From contig CAZEZP010000102.1 in the NCBI GenBank assembly GCA_964516435.1, positions 246 to 64,245 on the forward strand: 64,000 bases of DNA. The letters are read 5' to 3'. Made by a program: the position numbers and the translations under genes. Within the stretch, counting starts at the first letter, position 1, and the number at the start of each line of letters is the position of its first letter. The notes under the pieces are model-generated. The model had not been told where the DNA came from and did not search any database. It was given only the letters and a program-made list of their open reading frames with translations. The stretch comes from an uncultured Kofleriaceae bacterium (GTDB lineage Bacteria > Myxococcota_A > Polyangia > HGW-17). This document shows positions 60,737-64,000 of this stretch, in pieces.

Positions 60737-62129
60737 CGCGCAAACCCAGTTCCTTCATCTTCAGTTGCAGCCCCTTGCGGCTGATGCGCAATTTCTGCGC
60801 GGCCCGCGTCACGTTCCCTTCCGTCTCCGCCAGCGCCCGCAGGATGATCTCCCGCTCGATCCGGGAGGTTTCCCGGCGGACCATGTCCTTGAGGCCGTCC
60901 GACCAGTCCATGTCCTGCTCCTGGCGTACTGGAACCGCCGGCTGCACGGCCATTTCCGCAGGAAGGTCGGAAAGCCCCACCACCGGCCCTTCCGAAAGCA
61001 GCGCCAGTCGCTCCATGAGGTTTTCCAGTTCGCGGATGTTGCCGGGCCAGGGCCACTCCACGAGCCGGGCCTTCACTTCCGGCGCCAGCACCAGTTCCGG
61101 ACGGCCGAGACGCGATTTCTGACGGGAAAAAAACGCCTCCATGAGCAGCGGGATGTCGCTCTTGCGCTCCCGCAGGGGGGGGAGATGAATGGGAACCACG
61201 TTCAGCCGGTAGAAGAGATCCTCCCGGAAGCGTCCCTGGGCCACCATCTCGGTGAGATTGCGGTTGGTGGACGCGATCACGCGCACATCCACGCGGCGCA
61301 TGCGCGAGGAGCCCACGCGCTCGAACTCGCCTGACTGGAGCACGCGCAGCAACTTGGCCTGCATGGGAAGCGGGATTTCGCCGATTTCATCGAGCAGCAA
61401 CGTTCCCTGATGGGCCATCTCGAAACGCCCGGGACGCTCGGAGATCGCTCCGGTGAACGCCCCCTTCTCGTGCCCGAAGAACTCCGCCTCCACCAGGCTT
61501 TCGGGAATGGCGGCGCAGTTGACGCGCACGAAGGGCGCATTGCGCCGGTCGCTCAAGGCTACGATGGCCTGCGCCACCAGTTCCTTGCCCGTGCCGCTCT
61601 CTCCCTGGATGAGCACCGTGGAGGACCCCTGCGCCACGCGCTCGAGCACCCGGAAGAGCAGTTGCATCTGCGGACTCTGGCCGATCATGCCATGCCTCCC
61701 GGGAAATCCTTCGGCATCGATGGCGGAGGCGCTCTGGCGCATCCTGCGGCACGTGAGCACGGCCTTCTCCAGGGTCTGCAGCAGCCGGTCCCGGTCGAAG
61801 GGCTTCTCCAGGTAGTCGAAGGCGCCGGCCTTGACGGCTTCCACGGCATTGCCCACGGAACCGTAGGCGGTCAGGATGATCACCGGCAATGCAGGATCCG
61901 CCTGCCGGATGCGCTGCAGCAGGGCGAAGCCGTCCATGCCCGGCATGCGCAAATCGGTCAGCACCACGTCCAGGGGCGCCTGCTCGCGCAGAATCTTCAG
62001 TGCAGACTCCCCGTCGGCAGCCGCATGGCACTCGATGCCGGCGAACTGCAACTGGGTGCGCAGCACCATGCGCAGGTTGGCCTCGTCATCCACCACGAGC
62101 GCCCGGGGCGGCGGCTGCAGTGTCTTCAC
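60717..62129 (-). CDS. sigma-54-dependent response regulator (NtrC family)
   Basis: Receiver [53 protein letters not shown], Fis-type HTH. Confidence 0.93.
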   Translation of the reverse strand: MKTLQPPPRALVVDDEANLRMVLRTQLQFAGIECHAAADGESALKILREQAPLDVVLTDLRMPGMDGFALLQRIRQADPALPVIILTAYGSVGNAVEAVKAGAFDYLEKPFDRDRLLQTLEKAVLTCRRMRQSASAIDAEGFPGRHGMIGQSPQMQLLFRVLERVAQGSSTVLIQGESGTGKELVAQAIVALSDRRNAPFVRVNCAAIPESLVEAEFFGHEKGAFTGAISERPGRFEMAHQGTLLLDEIGEIPLPMQAKLLRVLQSGEFERVGSSRMRRVDVRVIASTNRNLTEMVAQGRFREDLFYRLNVVPIHLPPLRERKSDIPLLMEAFFSRQKSRLGRPELVLAPEVKARLVEWPWPGNIRELENLMERLALLSEGPVVGLSDLPAEMAVQPAVPVRQEQDMDWSDGLKDMVRRETSRIEREIILRALAETEGNVTRAAQKLRISRKGLQLKMKELGLRDEYEEA

Positions 62130-63085
62130 GGCGCATCCCCCCCTTTCTCCGCGTCATGCCGCTCCCAGGCCTCCACGATGCGGGCCACCAGGGGATGCCG
62201 CAGCACGTCCGCGGCCGTGAAATGCACGAAGGCGATGCCTTCCACGCCCTGCAGAATCCGCAGCGCATGAATCAGTCCCGACGTGCGGCCGGCAGGCAGG
62301 TCGACCTGGGTGACATCGCCGTTGACCACGCATATCGAGCCCTCGCCGATGCGGGTGAGAAACATCTTCATCTGCTCGATTGTGGTGTTCTGGGCCTCGT
62401 CGAGAATGATGAACGAATTTTTCAGCGTCCGCCCCCGCATGAAGGCCAGCGGCGCGATTTCGATGGTGCCGTCGGCCATCATGGCACGCGCGCGGGCGGG
62501 ATCCACCATTTCGTGCAGGGCATCGGTGAGCGGGCGCAGGTAGGGATTGACCTTCTGCTCGAGATCCCCGGGCAGAAATCCCAGTTTCTCGCCGGCCTCC
62601 ACTGCGGGGCGCGTCAGGACGATGCGGCCCACGCGGTGCTCCAGCAGCGCGGATACGGCCACGGCCATCGAGAGGAAGCTCTTGCCCGTCCCGGCGGGAC
62701 CGATGCCGAAGACCAGCGGGTGGGACTGCATGGCCTCGACGAATTCCCGCTGCCGGGGCGTGCGGGGAACGATGGATTTTCGCGCACCCGACGGCGTAAA
62801 GATGGGACGCGGCGCGGGTCCCTCCGACTGGCTTTCCATTTCGGCCATGAGCAACTGGACGTCGGACTCCCGGGGAATCTCGCCCGTGCGCGCCAGGCGG
62901 TGCAGCCGCTCGAGCACCCGCATGCACTTGTGCACGGCATCCGGAGGCCCTGACACCGTCACGCTGGGTCCCCAGACGCGGCAATCCACGCCCAGCCGTT
63001 CTTCGATGCGGCGCAGGTGAACGTCGTTGCCCCCAAACACCAGCACCGCCATTCGTTCTTCGAGGGAAAAGGTCTGTTCATCCAT
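62126..63085 (-). CDS. phoH: PhoH family ATPase
   Basis: [54 protein letters not shown]. Confidence 0.92.
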   Translation of the reverse strand: MDEQTFSLEERMAVLVFGGNDVHLRRIEERLGVDCRVWGPSVTVSGPPDAVHKCMRVLERLHRLARTGEIPRESDVQLLMAEMESQSEGPAPRPIFTPSGARKSIVPRTPRQREFVEAMQSHPLVFGIGPAGTGKSFLSMAVAVSALLEHRVGRIVLTRPAVEAGEKLGFLPGDLEQKVNPYLRPLTDALHEMVDPARARAMMADGTIEIAPLAFMRGRTLKNSFIILDEAQNTTIEQMKMFLTRIGEGSICVVNGDVTQVDLPAGRTSGLIHALRILQGVEGIAFVHFTAADVLRHPLVARIVEAWERHDAEKGGDAP

Positions 63086-64000
63086 GGGCGGACGGAAGTG
63101 TACCCAAAATCTTCGGAAATTCCAACTCGGGAACCTGGAAGGGATCCTCGGGATAGGCCCCCGAGAAGCAGGCGGTGCAATAATCTTCCCTTCCGCGGCC
63201 AACACCTGCCACGGCATCCAGAAGCCCATCGTGGCTCAGGTAGCCCAGGGTGTCGGCCGTGACGAAGGCCGCGATTTCCTCCGGCGTCTTGTGCGCGCCG
63301 ATGAGTTCCTCCCGCGTAGGCGTGTCGATGCCGTAAAAGCAGGAGTGGGTGACCGGCGGCGAGCAGATGCGCAGGTGGATTTCCCGGGCGCCGGCGTCCC
63401 GGATCAGCCTCATGATCTTGCGGCTGGTGGTGCCGCGCACCAGCGAGTCGTCCACCACCACGACCCGGCGTCCCTGGAGCACCTCGCGCACGGGAGACAA
63501 CTTGAGCTTGACGCCGAAGGATCGGATGCTCTGGGACGGCTCGATGAAGGTGCGCCCCACGTAATGGCTGCGAATCAGCCCCAGTCCGAAGGGGATTCCG
63601 GAAGCGCGGGCATAGCCGATGGCCGCGGCGATGCCGGAGTCGGGAATGGGGATGACCACGTCGGCATCCACGGGATGCTCCTGGGCCAGCCGCTCGCCGG
63701 AGCGCACCCGGGACGCATACACGCTTTCACCGAAAAGGGCCGAATCGGGCCGCGCAAAGTACACGTGCTCGAAAATGCACTGGGCACGCCGCTGCACGGG
63801 AGGGAACGGAAAACTCGAATGGATTCCGCCATCGTCCACGACGATCATCTCGCCCGGCGCCACTTCGCGCTCCAGTTTCGCGCCCACCAACTGGAAGGCG
63901 GCATCCTCGGAGGAAAACAGGACGGCATCGCCCAGCCGGCCCATCACCAGCGGCCGGTACCCCCACGGATCGCGCACGGCCACCAACTTCTGCTCGTTGA
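63078..64000 (-). CDS. purF: amidophosphoribosyltransferase (5' end outside window)
   Basis: [67 protein letters not shown]. Confidence 0.95.
   Translation of the reverse strand, partial: NEQKLVAVRDPWGYRPLVMGRLGDAVLFSSEDAAFQLVGAKLEREVAPGEMIVVDDGGIHSSFPFPPVQRRAQCIFEHVYFARPDSALFGESVYASRVRSGERLAQEHPVDADVVIPIPDSGIAAAIGYARASGIPFGLGLIRSHYVGRTFIEPSQSIRSFGVKLKLSPVREVLQGRRVVVVDDSLVRGTTSRKIMRLIRDAGAREIHLRICSPPVTHSCFYGIDTPTREELIGAHKTPEEIAAFVTADTLGYLSHDGLLDAVAGVGRGREDYCTACFSGAYPEDPFQVPELEFPKILGTLPSAHG

Noticed and set aside
63078-63260. Suspected frameshift at the purF 3' end because of the overlapping 62126-63229 ORF
   Set aside because: purF reads through [15 protein letters not shown] to its stop. 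The extension belongs to an over-called phoH start, and the true start is probably 63085.

Overview
GC-rich bacterial chromosomal window with no rRNA, tRNA, CRISPR, transposase, integrase or phage genes that I could recognise. A MYXO-CTERM-like sorting tail, many Cys-rich lipoproteins, a Ser/Thr kinase, a sigma54 activator and pilB suggest Myxococcota or a related deltaproteobacterial lineage (inference). Housekeeping genes (pilB, rqcH, S1-like, rmuC, tatD, glyQ/glyS, phoH, purF) are mixed with a large set of surface or secreted proteins: EGF/laminin-repeat lipoproteins, a trypsin with DxDxDG repeats, a chlorophyllase-like hydrolase, a GH13 amylase, a gluzincin-like lipoprotein, an S41 protease and an alpha-2-macroglobulin. 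The strongest leads are: (1) a near-complete eukaryote-type protein arginine methyltransferase (PRMT) with double-E and THW loops; (2) a two-gene ATP-grasp plus radical SAM/SPASM cassette with no visible precursor peptide; (3) (Asn-Asn-X)n linkers dense in N-glycosylation sequons right after the lipobox of three unrelated lipoproteins; (4) sharp A/T-ending-codon islands of about 90-150 bp inside GC-rich genes, including glyQ; (5) an orphan FlhB/SctU with NPEH in place of NPTH; (6) two small ORFs missing from the ORF track, one with its SD inside a 12-bp inverted repeat and one a CC-x5-C lipopeptide upstream of an arsR-arsEFG-like operon. All family assignments come from motif recognition, not database searches.
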